NCBI GenBank assembly: GCA_965655095.1 | Contig: OZ296651.1 | Span: 10,974,001 to 11,038,000, forward strand | From: Haplodiscus bocki | Lineage: Eukaryota | Direction of reading: 5' to 3' | DNA: 64,000 nucleotides | The notes under the pieces: generated by a model | Told to the model about the DNA's origin: nothing | The model's database searches: none | The model's input: only the letters and a program-made list of their open reading frames with translations | Shown here: piece by piece, positions 1-13,600 of the stretch | How positions within the stretch are numbered: position 1 is the stretch's first letter | How the letters are laid out: every line of letters begins with the position of its first letter | Translations under genes and position numbers: made by a program

Positions 1-199
1 AATTTTTTCTACTTTCGCAGGAAAAAAAGATTAGGGTCAACGGAAAACCCTATGGACCAGTATAGAGTCGGTAACACAGCGCAAACTCAAAAAAAAAAGT
101 CTCAAATTACTCTGAGGGTACTCATTCTATGGAACACTATCAGTGGCAATGACAGGGGAAGTGGAGATCGTTTGAAGTTTTAAAATCCAATCCGAGGTA

Positions 200-2280
200 T
201 TATGCGAGCAAAGGCCTGGACATTCTCAAGCTGAAAGACAGAAATCGGAACTCTCTTGAAAATACTGAGAGTGATTCTACTTTGCTACAGGATTTATGTG
301 AGCAGTTGGTGTGGGGAGCAAAGTAAAACTGCGCAAATTTTTCAATTTTTATCGAAGTGCAGTGTACGGGCAAAGGTGCGGTCATTCCGCGCTAGAAATG
401 AAGGGAATGCCGAATCGCGAAAGCGTTGGCATTAATCTAGTTTTCGTACGAAGGTTAGTTGGGTTTGGGAGAGTATTTGGAATGGCGGGGGAAGTTGAAG
501 TGTCTTATTGGTTTCAATTCTAATCCGGGGTAGTATTCAGGTAACGGTGTGGGTTTTCACAGTCTGTAAGATCAGAAGAAACAAAAAAATTGTCAATATT
601 TTTCAACTTTAGTTGTGTGGTAACCGAGGATATGCTAAGTAGTGGGAGTGGCTGGCGGCTTCTAAGTGCGAAATGATCTCTGAATTGTAATGCGGGGTAG
701 TATCATGGCAAGGAGATGGCCTTTATCAGGTTAGGTAAATGCGTGGATTTGTAAAAATGTGATGAAATGATTTCTCTTTTTGTACTGCAGTTAGAAAGGA
801 AGTACCTAGTAGAGAAGTGTTAGCCGGCAATGTTTTCGGGGAAAATTTTTTCAATTGTAACGCAGGTCAGTGTCCGTTCAAAAGCTTGATAATTCTTAGG
901 CAGTGGGATCGAAGGGATTGCTAAATTTTTGAAAGCATTAGATTTGTTCGTCTTGAGAAATAGGGCTTTGGGAGGATAGTTAAAGTTTTGGGAAGAGCCG
1001 GGGAATTTGAAGTGGTTGAAAACTTCCAACTGTAATTGGTATCCCGGCGAAGGAACGGCTCATCCAAAGCTTTGGGTGCGGCGGGAGTGAAAAGCTTTGG
1101 GAAAATGGAGATCGTTCCAACTGAGGCACATGGAACGAAGACCGAATGGTGAGTAGTTGGAGTTGTCGGTGTATTTAAAATAGGAAGTAATTTTCATCTT
1201 ATTGGGGTTTACTTTCCGGAAAGGGGGGTCATTCTGAACCTCTGAAAGTCTAGAGAGTCTCATCTTTTTTTAATGATGAGATTTTCCCAAATTTACAGCT
1301 GGTTAGAGAATTTGAGCCGTTTTTTTGGGATTTGCGGACGAACTTACTTTTGGAAATAATGTTGATCTTTAATGAACGAAAATTGGCTCTGAATTCAGAA
1401 AAGGCAGTGGTGGTTCCTCTTACCTCGGGGAAATTGCTCTTCGCCGTTCTGTTTTCATTGTGGTTTCTGCATTCTAACTTTCGAACTATCAAGCTATAAC
1501 CAAACAATCGGATTTATGGGCCTCTCTGTTTATGTCAGCCACTTCGGGAGTTGGTTTGAACCGGGTGGCCCCCTTTTCAATTGGGTTTCTTTGTGCTTCA
1601 ATTTGAGTGTCTGAATCGTCATCGTTCGTGAGATATGACCGTTTGATGTGCCCTGTTTTGTAAGATGGAATATTTTCATCGATCTGCCTGTATATTGTGT
1701 GTTTGAAGGAAATTGAAGCTCCTCAGTTAGAACGGACTGCATCGGTCACCAATTCAGTCATGGAGTCAAAAAGAACGCTGGCGAATTTTTGAATGTCTTC
1801 CTGAATGTTTGTTTCGACTTTTTTTTCTCAAGTTACCGTATCCTCTTGAGTTTTTTGGCAGAAGACTTCGAAGAATGATATGGCCATTTTGTAATTACTT
1901 GCTGAATATTTACAGGCTTTCCAGTCTCGCAGGCTCTTTGTACCTTTTACGTTTATTAGCCTCACTCTTCAAGTCATGATGTGCATAAAATGCTGGACAG
2001 TTTTTGCAATATTCTTTTTTGGCAAATTTTCACTTAGTGTTGAACCTATCGGGTCAGTTGTCTGCGGATCAAGGTATCCTGTATCACATCCTCTCAAGCT
2101 AGTCCTCATATTTTAATGTACAATTTTTTTTCCTTTTCATATCGATACTTGATATTTTTCTATGCTTTGTTTCAGCATGTTGTTTGGAAGTTTAACCTTT
2201 GTATTTTGTTGTCTTCTTTGTCTTTTGGCTAATTGTAATCCCTTTGATTATCTTGGTGAGAGCTTTGGCATTTCCAAATT
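200..2280 (-). pseudogene. Two long decayed ORFs of unknown family, probably TE-derived
   Basis: One minus frame from ~2110 to ~1490 reads ~205 codons with only three internal TGA stops (MRTSLRGCDTGYLDPQ...QEDIQKFASVLFDSMTELV...). Track ORFs 1060-1263 and 820-1029 share a second frame that continues with sparse stops toward ~450. No recognisable domain. Confidence 0.4.
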
Positions 2281-5200
2281 GTAGGCACGTATGGAGTCTC
2301 AAAAATCTTCCAAATAATTGAAAATATTCCAACCTGGGTGCAAGGGTGGGGGTTGGTTAGAGTTAAGGAGCCGGGGCTAAACAGTTGAAGTGGCCGGAAC
2401 AGTTTCAGTAGGATTAAAGTTTTAATTCTAGTTGACACTAGTATCCGGACAAATGCCTCGGGAATTTCAAATTACCTAATATTTTGATAAATTTGCCCTC
2501 GAAAATGAAGATTTTTGGGAATGATTGGTAGTCTAGCCCCGTAAGCAGCAGTCTGATAACGCAAAACTTATCCCAAGAAATATCCGAAGTCATATCCACC
2601 ATGGGCGGCTATGTATTCACAACTTTCTTGTCTTTATTTTCTCGTTTAAGGAAAAACTGCCTACAAAAATTCTCGCAATTGATATCTGCAGATATTTTCG
2701 ATAAATACGTCTGAAATTAATTTCCATTTGACCATTTTGATTGCTGGCTTACACGGGAGTTTCTGGAAAATAGATGTATTTGTATTTGAAATGAGAATTT
2801 TAGTAACCTCTAGGCGTTTCAAGTTGATATTACTGAAATCGACCCCGATTATAAGCAAAAAAGATAGAATTTTTTATGCATTATGAATTTTTTTCAACCC
2901 ACTTTTGCTTTCGTGTTTAAGAAGTAGCAAAGAGGTATGTTGAAGATAATTTTAGCTTTTGCGGAAAATTGTGGCTCGAAATCTGTATTTTTAGTTTTAT
3001 TTTTATAAAAATCGCTGATTTCAATTGAAATATTCTGCGGTTCCTCTCAAGAGTCTTGGTTTTATTTAGAGGGTGTGGGGAGTTCGATTGAAAGTTACTG
3101 ATTCCTAAAAATGGCGGTTCTAATTGGGAGGGGTTCAAAAATTCAAATTTTTGTAGCCACTAAGCGATAGGCTGAAGCCGTATAGTTTTTTCGCATCTTC
3201 GGGCCTCTTCTCATTCATTTTCAGAAATCGATTCGTGACTGGCCAACTGAGCGATAGAGTGAAGCATAGGCAGTGTGTTGACGCGTATAGGTTTTAGCAT
3301 GTGTCAGATATTCTTGTATTATAAACTTTCATGGATCATATTTTCATGTATTTGCTGCTCGTACATTTTTCATGTACCCTCATGTAAAGCTCGCTTTGCT
3401 GGTGCTCACATGGCCAAAATTATGTAGGGAGGAGTGGTGTTTTTTTGTTAAAATTTTGACACTCCTAATTTTTGCAAAATTTTAAGTGAGGTGAAAAGTG
3501 TAAACAGGAAGTTCCTGGTAAAAAAAAATTCAGTGCACCATACTTGAAACTTCGCTAACATGAAATGATATATCTCGAGCTAAACTGGTCTGCCAGTCTT
3601 CTGCGAAATCTTTCTTTCATGTTTTCCTATATACGAGAAATAAATCATGTATCTCGTACGGACTTGCACATTTTCGAATTAATTAATGAAGTTTTCTTGT
3701 TTTCATGTATCATGCACAATACACTGAGCATAGGACAAGAACTATTCCTTCATGACTGTTTATTTTTCGTTCTTTGATTCTGCCATAGAGGCCGATATAT
3801 TATTCGTTTCACTTTGCATTGTTTGCAATTTCATTTGTCTGAAATTGGTCAATTTTTTTCGTGTGATAATTTTTTGAAAATTTTCCTGAAAGTGGTTCAA
3901 ATCCAATTTTTAGCGCTCTAAATTTTTAAAACTTGATGCCTATCTTTATCAGATGATTCCTCAGCTTTATTAGACCCAAATTTTGAGTTTACTCGAATTT
4001 CTACCAACATTTTTAGCAATTGATGTCGGAAAGCCTAGACTGTGGGGGAGTTGCTGACGAAGCAGAATAAAATTAAGTGAAGAAAAAACAGCAGAACGAT
4101 CCTTACATTGTGAGAAAATTCAAAAATCAACGGCAATGGGTCAAAGTTAGATAGGTTCTCCCAATTTTGAGGCTCCTCAGACAGTACGAGGAGTGCCTCT
4201 TAGTAGGAAACGCAGAGTAAATAGTATGAACTGTTGCTGGATCAGAAACCTCAACCCTAGAAATATGAAAAATTGATCTTTTTTGCTAATCTCCCTATCA
4301 GTAGTAGCAAAAATTTTAATCCTCCCTCAGGAGACGCGCATCCTTTATGGCGTGGGGGGATTAAAAGAAAAGATCATAGAAAACTTTTGAAGTACTGCGA
4401 CTTCTTTGATCCATTATGAAGGCTGAAAGTGAATTTTGCTTCAAAATTCTGCAGAACTCGCTGTCTCATGTGTTTCAAATACTTCTTTCAAACAAGTGAC
4501 AACTTTATTATATTCCTTGTGTTGTAAATCAGTAGCGGCTCACATTACGTGCTATTCATCCATTTCAAGAGGCGGTAACTGTAAACTTATAGATTTAAAA
4601 AAATTTAAATAGATTTGACTAGGTAGTACGGAAACGCCAAATCAAGTTATTGGTACCCCTCCATAAAATTACTGATTTGAGAAAATAAGTAAATGTAGAC
4701 ACCCTGGCCCCAAATCCCTAAACAAATTAGCATCTTGATATTTGATCGTAGTCGGGAGGCGATTGATAGATGAAAGCCACTGATTAATGGAACAGAAAAG
4801 GAACGGCATGAAATTTATTCATCACTTCCTGCAAACCAAATTTGTTCAGACGGAATCGTGAGTAGATTTGCAAGTGGTTAAAATGGCAAGTCTTTGGGCC
4901 TGCGAGTTTTGTCGAGGGTATCGGGACAGAGAGCCAATTGGCCCAGAAGTTAAGTTTTTCGTGAACATTGAGAAAAGAAGTCTTCATAAACACCGTAGCA
5001 AATGTTTGAAACATTCAAAATTAGTTACATGTATTTGCCTGAAAAGGAGAGTTGCCCATGGCACCTAATTTTAGACTAAACAGCTTAATAAACAAAAATA
5101 TGTGCACTAAATAAAAATTACTTCAAAATTACTAAGCCAAATTTGGGGATGACAGTTGAAGAAATTTGCTTCCCACTAACTACTATCCATGCCAAATTGA

Positions 5201-5324
5201 CACCAGTTAGCGTTGATGACATTTCTCTTAGTCATCTTAAAAGTATTGGCCAAGTTTACATGTTAACAGAAAGTAGCAACAGAATGGCAGAGCGTCTCCA
5301 ACAAGCATTAACATTAAGGAAGTC

Positions 5325-6115
5325 ATGAGCGGTCCAACTGCTTATCGATCAAACATAGATAGACTCAATGGTTAATTAATTGCCAATTTGCTGAAAAGTT
5401 TGCTATTGACATTTAGCTGTCATTGGACCTTCGCCTTCGGTGGTATCCTCTGATTTCGAAGCCAACCATTCGATGGCCTTTTCCTGTCAGACGAATGATT
5501 ATGTTGTAATTATGGAAACATCCGAGCTTTGCAGTTCGCAGTTTTTGGTAGATTTCTGTGAAAGTTTCAATGCAAATATCTGTATGTATGTTTTGTAAAT
5601 GCGTAATCAGCCCGAGGGGGAAACGGACCTCCGCTTTTTGCGTGTACTTTTCCTCAGTCGCCACGCGAATCGTGATTCCAAGTCAAGGAATGGAGCCAGA
5701 AAGCGAAACAAGAATGAAAGAATTTCGGAACGAGCGGTTAAATGAATTATGTCTATGCTGATTTTTTGGACATCCTGAGTAGGAAAGTTAATTTTTTTTC
5801 ACCTTCTGACCCAAAAGAAGAATTAAAGTCGGTGCATTGAAACCGATTGATGTCAACTTTTTAGGAATTACATGAAACTTGATTCCTATAGATTTCACTT
5901 TTTCTTTCTAGGACTTGGGAAGGTTTTACTTTTACGCAGTAATTATAATGTTACTCGGTTTTTGTTTTTTCTGTGCGCTCTTTCGTGCGGCATTTTGCGA
6001 CCTCGTGCAAAATCAGGAATTTCGTGCAACTTTTGAAAAACTTGGATTTTTTTCAAAACGCCGCAAATATGTGTGGGAGTACAGGAAGGACCATACGGAA
6101 TACGGACCATCATAG
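5325..6115 (+). CDS. Candidate 4-exon orphan single-pass membrane protein, 165 aa; join(5325..5370,5417..5585,5658..5736,5912..6115); 5' end uncertain
   Basis: Three GT-AG introns (gttaat..atttag 46 nt; gtatgt..ttcctcag 72 nt; gttaaa..ttctttctag 175 nt) have compatible phases 1, 2, 0 and give one stop-free frame. The product has a Cys-containing N-terminal part, a basic linker, a hydrophobic helix FYFYAVIIMLLGFCFFCALF and a short tail. Confidence 0.45.
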
Positions 6116-6849
6116 TGGTGGCAAGAGCATGCATATCAAAAACGGTTTCACAATTTTTTGAAGTTCTACCCTTGGGCGGCTATGTTTTTTCTTTGCTTTT
6201 CGCAAAAGCGCCCTGATTGAACGAGGCTGAGTGAATGTGAAGCTCAGTTCTTCTTTACCTTTGTTTGTTTTCATTGCTCTTTCGCTACTTTAAGCTAGAG
6301 CGGACGCCACTCTTCGCTGATAGCTCTCTCAATTTCTAGAACTTGTTTAAATTGATTGATATTCGCAATTTTCAAATAATCTCAAGTTGGGCAATTGGAT
6401 CCGCATTTTATTTTCAGCTTTTTCAAAATGAAGACCATTCATCGCGTCAAAAAAGTGTCGATTCGCAAAGCGTCGAAAAATTGCAAATACTCAAATCAAA
6501 GCGTGGAAAGTTTCAGAATTTTGAAGTGCTCCGAAATTTTCGAGGCTTTAATTGTTTGATGGGTCTTTTGATCTGAATTGACAAGTCAGCCCCGATTCTC
6601 ATCTGTTTTCTTTGTTTGACAATTTTTTGAGTGCTGATAGTTCTAACTCCCTCGTCGAACCGTTTGTACAGATCTTTACGTGTTTGCTCAGCGAACTCCG
6701 GAGACGTCTCACGAAAAAAAATTAAACACGAAATCGCGTGTCAGTGAAGATGAAAGTTTACTTATCGGAGTTAATCGGTGAGTTACTCCAATTGCTTCAA
6801 AACTGACTTCTTTCTCATAACATGACAGACGCAAATCTAACGAATCTAA

Positions 6850-9350
6850 TTTTAATATTTTTATTTTCCTTCGAAAATGATTCGAAAGGTAAGAATTCAA
6901 TTTAATAGTTGCAGTTTTTTCCTTCACCTGATTTTCTCCATAACGCGCAGAATCGTGAAGAAGCTTGCATGATACATATGTGGGGTGGCACTAAAGTCAG
7001 CTACCCCAAAAATAGCGGGTTCGAATCCCGCTGTTGGTCATACTTTTCAGCATCCTTTTAGATACTCGTCAACACATTCTTTTTTTAATAGCAAAAAACC
7101 GTTTTCGACAAAATTTATAGTTTTTTGGTAAATGCCTTTTTTTCTCAAAATTCATCCGCTTTCCGACGTAAAAGAAACAAATCATTACGAATATTTCTCG
7201 AAAAGATAGAAATGTATTTCGATTTTTCTAACAAACCGTGAACAGTTGAAAAATTATAAATTTGTTGAAAAATTTGACTATACTTGTAAATAATTGAACT
7301 CTTCCAGATTTTTGGTATCAGTTCTCTTTCACTTTCTTAGTTCCTCCAGGGTCAAAAATTACAAATTAAATTCGAAAAATATTCTGCTAGAACATATCGT
7401 TCTGTGATCCCCACATTGAGGGAATGCCAAAAAGCGCAATTAGTTTCAAACTTCCTTGATGTAGCTACTCACTTTTCTACAAAATTGCATAGTTCTTTCA
7501 TATCAGTCTCAATTGAGAGCCTCCTACTTCACAAAAGTATTCTTTAGCAAATTCATTGGCTTTGTTCCATGCATCAGAATCCTGATAATCCGAAAATTCC
7601 AGAAAGAGCTATTAATGTTATCTGGGCATTTCAACTCTTATTTCTCCGGAACTGCATCCTTGATTTCTTCCATTACGGTCTCTATGGTAAGCTTTAACTT
7701 TGCACAAGTGTATTCTATTGAATTTATCAGTTTGATGCTTGCCTGAGAATCCTGTTAGTCCGAAGATTACAAAAAATGCTTTCAATTTTGGTTCATCTCC
7801 TTATTCACTCACATTCCTCTGTAACTACATGATTCATTTTTTGTCAGGGTCTCAGTCGAAGTTTTACATTTGCATAGAAAGGACTGTGATTTGGTCTCAA
7901 ATCTTTTGTTTTGATCGTTGCATCAAAATCGTGACAGTCCCAAATTTCCAAAGAGTGTTTTCATTACATTGATTTACCTTGATATCGAAACTCATCTCTC
8001 TGCGTAACTATAAATTTGGCTTCTTCCATCGAGGTCTCAATCGGAAGCTTTGAACTTGTACCGATGTATTCGATTGAAAATCAGTTTTTTAAATCCTTGG
8101 GCAGAATTCTTTTACTCCGAAGATTTCAAAATATTGTTCTTTAAATATTGATGCATCCCGAGGCTCAAACTTATTTCTCGTCACTACAGGCTTAAATTAT
8201 TTCATCAAGCTAACAACTAGTTCTTTTCTATGGAGGGGTTTTTAGTTGATTGAAAACTATGCATTCCGTTTTCTGCATCGGAATCCTATTTGTCCAAAGT
8301 TGCTCAGAAAGTTTCGAAGTACCCCGATATACAAACTCATTTTTCCCCATGACTGCAAATTAGTTTTCCTTGATCAAGGTCTAAATCGGCAGTTGGAAGA
8401 CGTCTGGATTTGAAGAGCCTGGATTTGGTTCTCTACCTTAGAATCCCGATAGTCCGAGAATGCCATGGTGCTTTAAATATTGATACATCTCAATTTCTCC
8501 ATAAATACAGGCTGGATTTCCACCAAGAAAGCAATCGAAAAGTGTACTTTTTGAGGTGGATTGGATTGAAAGAAAATCAACTCCGTTTCCGCATTGGAGT
8601 CTTGGTTGTCTAGAAATGATAATTGTTTTTGTTATGGACTGAACTCGATTTTCGAGCTCGTGTTTCTCGAAAGCAATTCACTTGATTTTTTTCCTTCGAT
8701 GTCTCGATTTCAGACTTCCTACTTGTGTTGGACTATTCCAATAAAATTCAGTATTTTCTTGTGCAGTGGAGTTCTGATGGACTAGAAATGCCTGCAGGTC
8801 TTGACTTGCTTCCGTACTCAAACTCATTTTTCTTCGGCTCTGCCTGCTTCATTATTCCATCAGCGTGTCAACCGATAGTTTTTCAAGTGAAGCCGACTGT
8901 TCGTTTCGAATTACCATGAAGTTTGTTCTGTACATCGGAATTGGGAACCTGATTGGCCAGGACTGGCAATAAAGTTCTAGCAGTATAGACAAATCTCGAT
9001 ATTCCAACTCAACCTCAAACTACAGCTTCGAATTCTTCGCATGATGTCTCAATTGACTATTTTCTACTATTAGATGACTCTAATGTTGTACATTATCTTA
9101 CTTTCTTCCTTATATTGGAATCTTGTTTGCTGAAAATGCGAAACGGTTCACCTAGTATTCTTATTTCGTCGATTTTCAAAATCAGTATTCTCTAAAGCCA
9201 CCGGCTTCAATTTTTCCTACAAGGTCGCCGTCGAGTGAATTATGGGTTTCTTTGGAGAAGGAATGTGTTATATCTTCGATCAGTCTTGGCTGCTCCCAGT
9301 TTTCGGAATATGTCGCAGTGCGACTGCACCTCTTGTTTGTATTTCAGAGT
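6850..9350 (+). mobile_element. Dispersed repeat copy A: tRNA-like head, unique linker, ~11 degenerate ~175-bp tandem units (ends approximate)
   Basis: Collinear with the reverse complement of ~35100-37600 (e.g. CCTCAATGTGGGGATCACAGAACGATATGTTCTAGCAGAA on the minus strand here vs CCTCAACGTGGAGATCAGAGAACTATATGTTCCAGCAGAA at ~37010). A GGTCTCAATC-like motif recurs at ~7505, 7677, 7848, 8032, 8375, 8700, 8865 and 9047. Confidence 0.75.
6963..7040 (+). ncRNA. tRNA-derived (SINE-like) head with intact T-arm/B-box; not a functional tRNA
   Basis: Perfect T stem-loop GCGGG-TTCGAAT-CCCGC at 7015-7031, preceded by a 9-bp stem (TGGGGTGGC/GCTACCCCA). A degenerate homolog lies on the minus strand at 37404-37420. 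No clean D-arm or acceptor stem. Confidence 0.5.
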
Positions 9351-10580
9351 TTCTAAGCTGGGTTAGAATGTGAAAAAAGTCCGCTTGAACCGGGTCCATA
9401 CTTGCCCGTATCAAGAATTTTCAAACATGAGTGCCATTTTTACCACCGAAGTAATTATTTCCCGAGGAAGTTTACATAACGTGTAGCTAGTTTTTCTGCT
9501 ACCCATAATTTTCGAAAATCTTTCTTCTGAAAAAGTTTTTTCTCTCGTTTTCAACCAATAGTATACTGAAAGCTAGCATTGTAAAGAATAATCACATTCG
9601 AACGAATTTTTGCGTTTTGTCCAATGATGATGGTTTAGAAGTGATAGAAAATGCTGACTTCTTTTTTGGAAATATATTTCTAAACTTCTCACTTAATTAC
9701 TTTATCTGTATTATAAGTAGACTGGTTTAAGTCGAGCACTAAAGATTTTGTTTTCTCTTCTAGAAATGGTCGAAACATTGCTGCAACTACATATGATGTC
9801 GTTCTTGTTCAATACTTCAATGTCTTCTCTTGAAAGTAATCACTCAAATATTATCGTTTACCAGCTAATGGAAAGCCTAATATTGCTTTACTTGCAGCAT
9901 TTTTTCCCAAGTTTTGCGCCATAATTTGGAATATATGGTAGTAACATTGCTTCGATTGCATGTGATGCTGATTCCGGTCAAATTTGAAGATAATTTCTCT
10001 CAACTAACTACTCAGTTCCTTTCATTTATGACCTAATCGAAAGCTTCATTGTACTGTTTCTCCAATTTTTGGTCCAATTTCTGAAAGTTATGATTCAAAT
10101 ATGGGTAGACATACGTATAAAGTTTTTTTCGGTCAACTTTACAGATTCTTTTTTAAACTACCCCTCCATTCTTTTCATTTACGGCGAAATCGACATCTTT
10201 TATTCAAATTTGTTGTTGTTTCAAAAAGTCGTTAGTTTTTGTCGATATAAATTTTTTTGGAACGTATATTTTTAATGTACATTGGGTATATTCTTGTTTT
10301 TGGTATGTTCTTAAAGCATTGAAAACGCTTGTACTGAAGACGTAAAGTTCCTTTCAAAAACACGTTGTATGTAGTGTGACATCTTGGATCGTCGAAAAAA
10401 CTACGTACTGCTGTAGTCGGGTTTTTAGTGATAACTATAGTCCCAAATAAAAACTAAAACAAACGTAGCAGTTTTCGTCAGTAGATATCGTGGTATCTCG
10501 GGTTCACGAAATCTTATGCTATCAGAGCTTATTCTTGGATAGTTTAAACTCGAAGAAACGTCTACCAAAGTCCCGTCCCG

Positions 10581-10624
10581 AGTTTATTTGAGCTGGCAAC
10601 GCAGTTTATTTGAGCTGGCAACGC
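10581..10624. repeat. Perfect 22-bp tandem duplication
   Basis: AGTTTATTTGAGCTGGCAACGC x2. Confidence 0.9.
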
Positions 10625-13600
10625 CAGCTTATTACGATTCACGTTTTTTTGGCTGTTACCAAGTCTCATTTTCTGATAAATATATTAGGATAGACTTGAT
10701 CACGTGGCATGTATTGTAAAGTGCCTGCTAATCACTGAAGCATTTTATCAAGTGCAAGCGCGAATGAACTGTTAGACATCTCTTTAATTAAAATGCCGAG
10801 TGTCTTTTCTAATTGCGTATTTTTTCAATAATACTTAAATTGCATCCATCCAGCGTTATTTTGACTAATTTTCACTAGGTCTGTGAGCTTTGCAGATTAT
10901 CAGGAATTGTCGGTTTTGCTGTCTTGTCACGCACCATCTTATTATTCCTTTGTGAAAAATCAAACACATCTTTACTCACGCCGTTCTTTAAATATGCTTT
11001 TCTTGATGAGTAGTGTTCACGTTTGGCCTTTGCCACCCTTATTTGACCTTAGATGGTGTGCCAATATATGAGGATTGCTTGTTTTTTGCCTCTTCTGCGA
11101 AATATTTCTTTATCTTTAAAAATCAATGGATTTCTAACTTGCACCTTCGGTCGAAAAAAATTCTCTTAGGAACTATTCGTCGAATGGTGCCCATCCAACT
11201 GTATCTTGAACATAATTGAAATGTTTGCGCCACAGAGAATCTGTTTCATATCTATACAACGGATAAAAACAATCTCTTTACGAAAAGTCTTGTCCGATAT
11301 TTTTTGCGGCGTCGGTTTAATGTGTTTTTCTTTACTGCAGTCGTGCGGTTTTGGCAAATTCAACCTCAAATCAACTCACCGAAAGCTGAAGAGTGTATTC
11401 GACAATAGCGATTGCCTGTTTCGCAGTTTTGTCTGCTTCTACTTGTAGAATCAAAGTTCCCGGCTTCTTCATGTGGAGTCAAAGGACTTTCAACTTGCGT
11501 GCCTCAAAATTGTTTTTTTTTGGAAACTCAAGTCCTATTGCGTCCGGTTAGTACACTTGCCTTCACTCGCGGCTTAGAACATCTGTGAGGTAGCGGGGTT
11601 TGTCTTTTGTGCTCCCATCATAAACAGGCTTGACTTGTAATTGAAAAGTTGAAGCTCTTACTATCCCGGGTCTCCTTCGGACGGTTTTATTTTGAGGCGA
11701 CTTGCTGGATTTTTTATCTAATGCAATGTCAACTATTCTTTACTTAGTACGGCTGATGATTCCACTGACGGTTTGCTTGACAATTTTCTTGCAAAGTATG
11801 AACTGAAACGTTTTACGTAGAAACAAGTTGCGAATTTAGCGACCCTCTTGCTTCCTCTGCTGCGTTTTTTGCGGACTTTTTGAGTTTGTTTGATTAATTA
11901 AACAGGGACGTTTATTCTTGTAGACTTTGCTATGTATGCACGGTTTTCGGAAGCATTACGGAAAACTATTTTATTTCTCTGGAAGGTATCGCAGTACAGT
12001 CGAAAGAAAATCTTTTTTTAATGTTTTTGGCACTCTATTTTCGAAAAAAGATTTTTTTCGGGCTGCCAGATCTGTGAAGCTCTTCTCTTCTTTGTTCTAG
12101 TTGCGATAAATGTCCTTAATACTGATACGGTGGTACTTTTTCCCACGGTGGACAACTATTAAATCAAGTGATGTCGAATCAAACTTCATACTTAGCTGAG
12201 CTTCTCGCTCAACTCGCGTGTAAAACTCCAAATCTTGTTTGCGTCAACTTACCATTGTTTTAATTATCTGTTCGGAATATCTGAGAAGGTGGGCATTTAC
12301 TAGGTGGCTTTGAAACTAAATGATCGTGACAACCTTCTGCATTGTTGACTTTGTCGCGAAAGTTCCCGTGAGTCGGATTCCTATTCAACTTTTGGGTAAA
12401 CACTACGACTGGTTGACAATCTATCATATCCTAATTTATTGGGGACCAAGTTTTTCCGCTGAGTTAAAAGCGAAAAATGTTGATATTTTCTTCATTTATG
12501 GATGGCAATTGTCAGTTCGAGCGTTTTTTTATTCTATGCACTCCAGACGCACTTGCTAACCACTGGAAGAGAGAAATGTGTATCTTTACAACGATATTTC
12601 AATAGCAGAGAAGTCTCTGCGAAGATGCAATGTCCACTTTCGTACTTTTTGCGTGAACTATCCAGACTTGTAATTTGAAATTCGAATTTTTTCCTGGCCT
12701 TTTCCTTCGTTGTTGTCCTCAAAATTAGCGGTGAGATTAGGGAATCCATTTTTCACTCAAAAAGCTGCAATATAGAGAGTCTGCGGAGTGGCAGGGACGT
12801 TCGGTTTTGCGCTTTTGCCGCGATGTGTCTTGACTATTAGTCCGAAGTTTTGCTTGACTTCAATGTTGTTTTTCTTGTAGACTACTGGTTGAAGTTTTGG
12901 TCATCCAATGATAACCTGAATCTGAGTGAGTGGTTTTACTGCCAAACAGCCGTATTTTTCATATCTTCTTCATGTCTTTTTCTTCATTGGAAAAGTTTCT
13001 TCAAATTTCGCTATAACGAGGAGTTCGTAAGTATCAAGTGAGCAGCTTCCGTCGATGGGCAAGTAGTTGATGACGTTCCTCACTTTCGTCGCAAATGTTT
13101 GCGAGGCACAGCTTCGCGTCTGCGTAAAAAATTTGAAGCACTAAAGTCCTTCAGCCTATTTGATCATAACGATTCACAAACTTGAAGAAATATTGAACAT
13201 TAGTGATAATTTTCGAGTGTACAATTGGCGTATCCTATAAATTGTTAATCCACAAAATTTGTTCAATTTTTGACTACATAATCAATGTGCTCTTCGAAAC
13301 GTAATTGTTTCAGGACAAAAATTCCTGACTAGAATTTCCAATATTTAGACTTTTGACGTGCATACGCTTGATCATGTGCTAAAAAATTCTTGATTCACTT
13401 CGATGTTTGTTGTTTTCCTGAATCCTTGATGCACCCTCATGCAAAAAACAGCCAGGTACACTCGAGTTACCGTAGCCCTAAACGCTGAAATTTGATGGAG
13501 GCTTATTGAAATTTCCGAAATTACAAAATTAAATGAATGTTTTCGTTTTGCAGTTCTCGAAAACTTGGGATTAATTTTTAATGCAAATTTCGAGAAGTTC

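Noticed and set aside
1490-2110. TGA-only interruptions suggesting selenocysteine or a variant genetic code
   Set aside because: Beta-tubulin ends in TGA, neighbouring frames also carry TAA/TAG and frameshifts, and no SECIS was identified. Mutational decay is simpler.
6963-7040. Functional tRNA gene
   Set aside because: Only the T-arm is canonical, and the homolog at 37400 is degenerate and embedded in a repeat.
10900-13200. Possible decayed gag-like region on the minus strand
   Set aside because: No LTR, PBS or convincing CCHC motif found.
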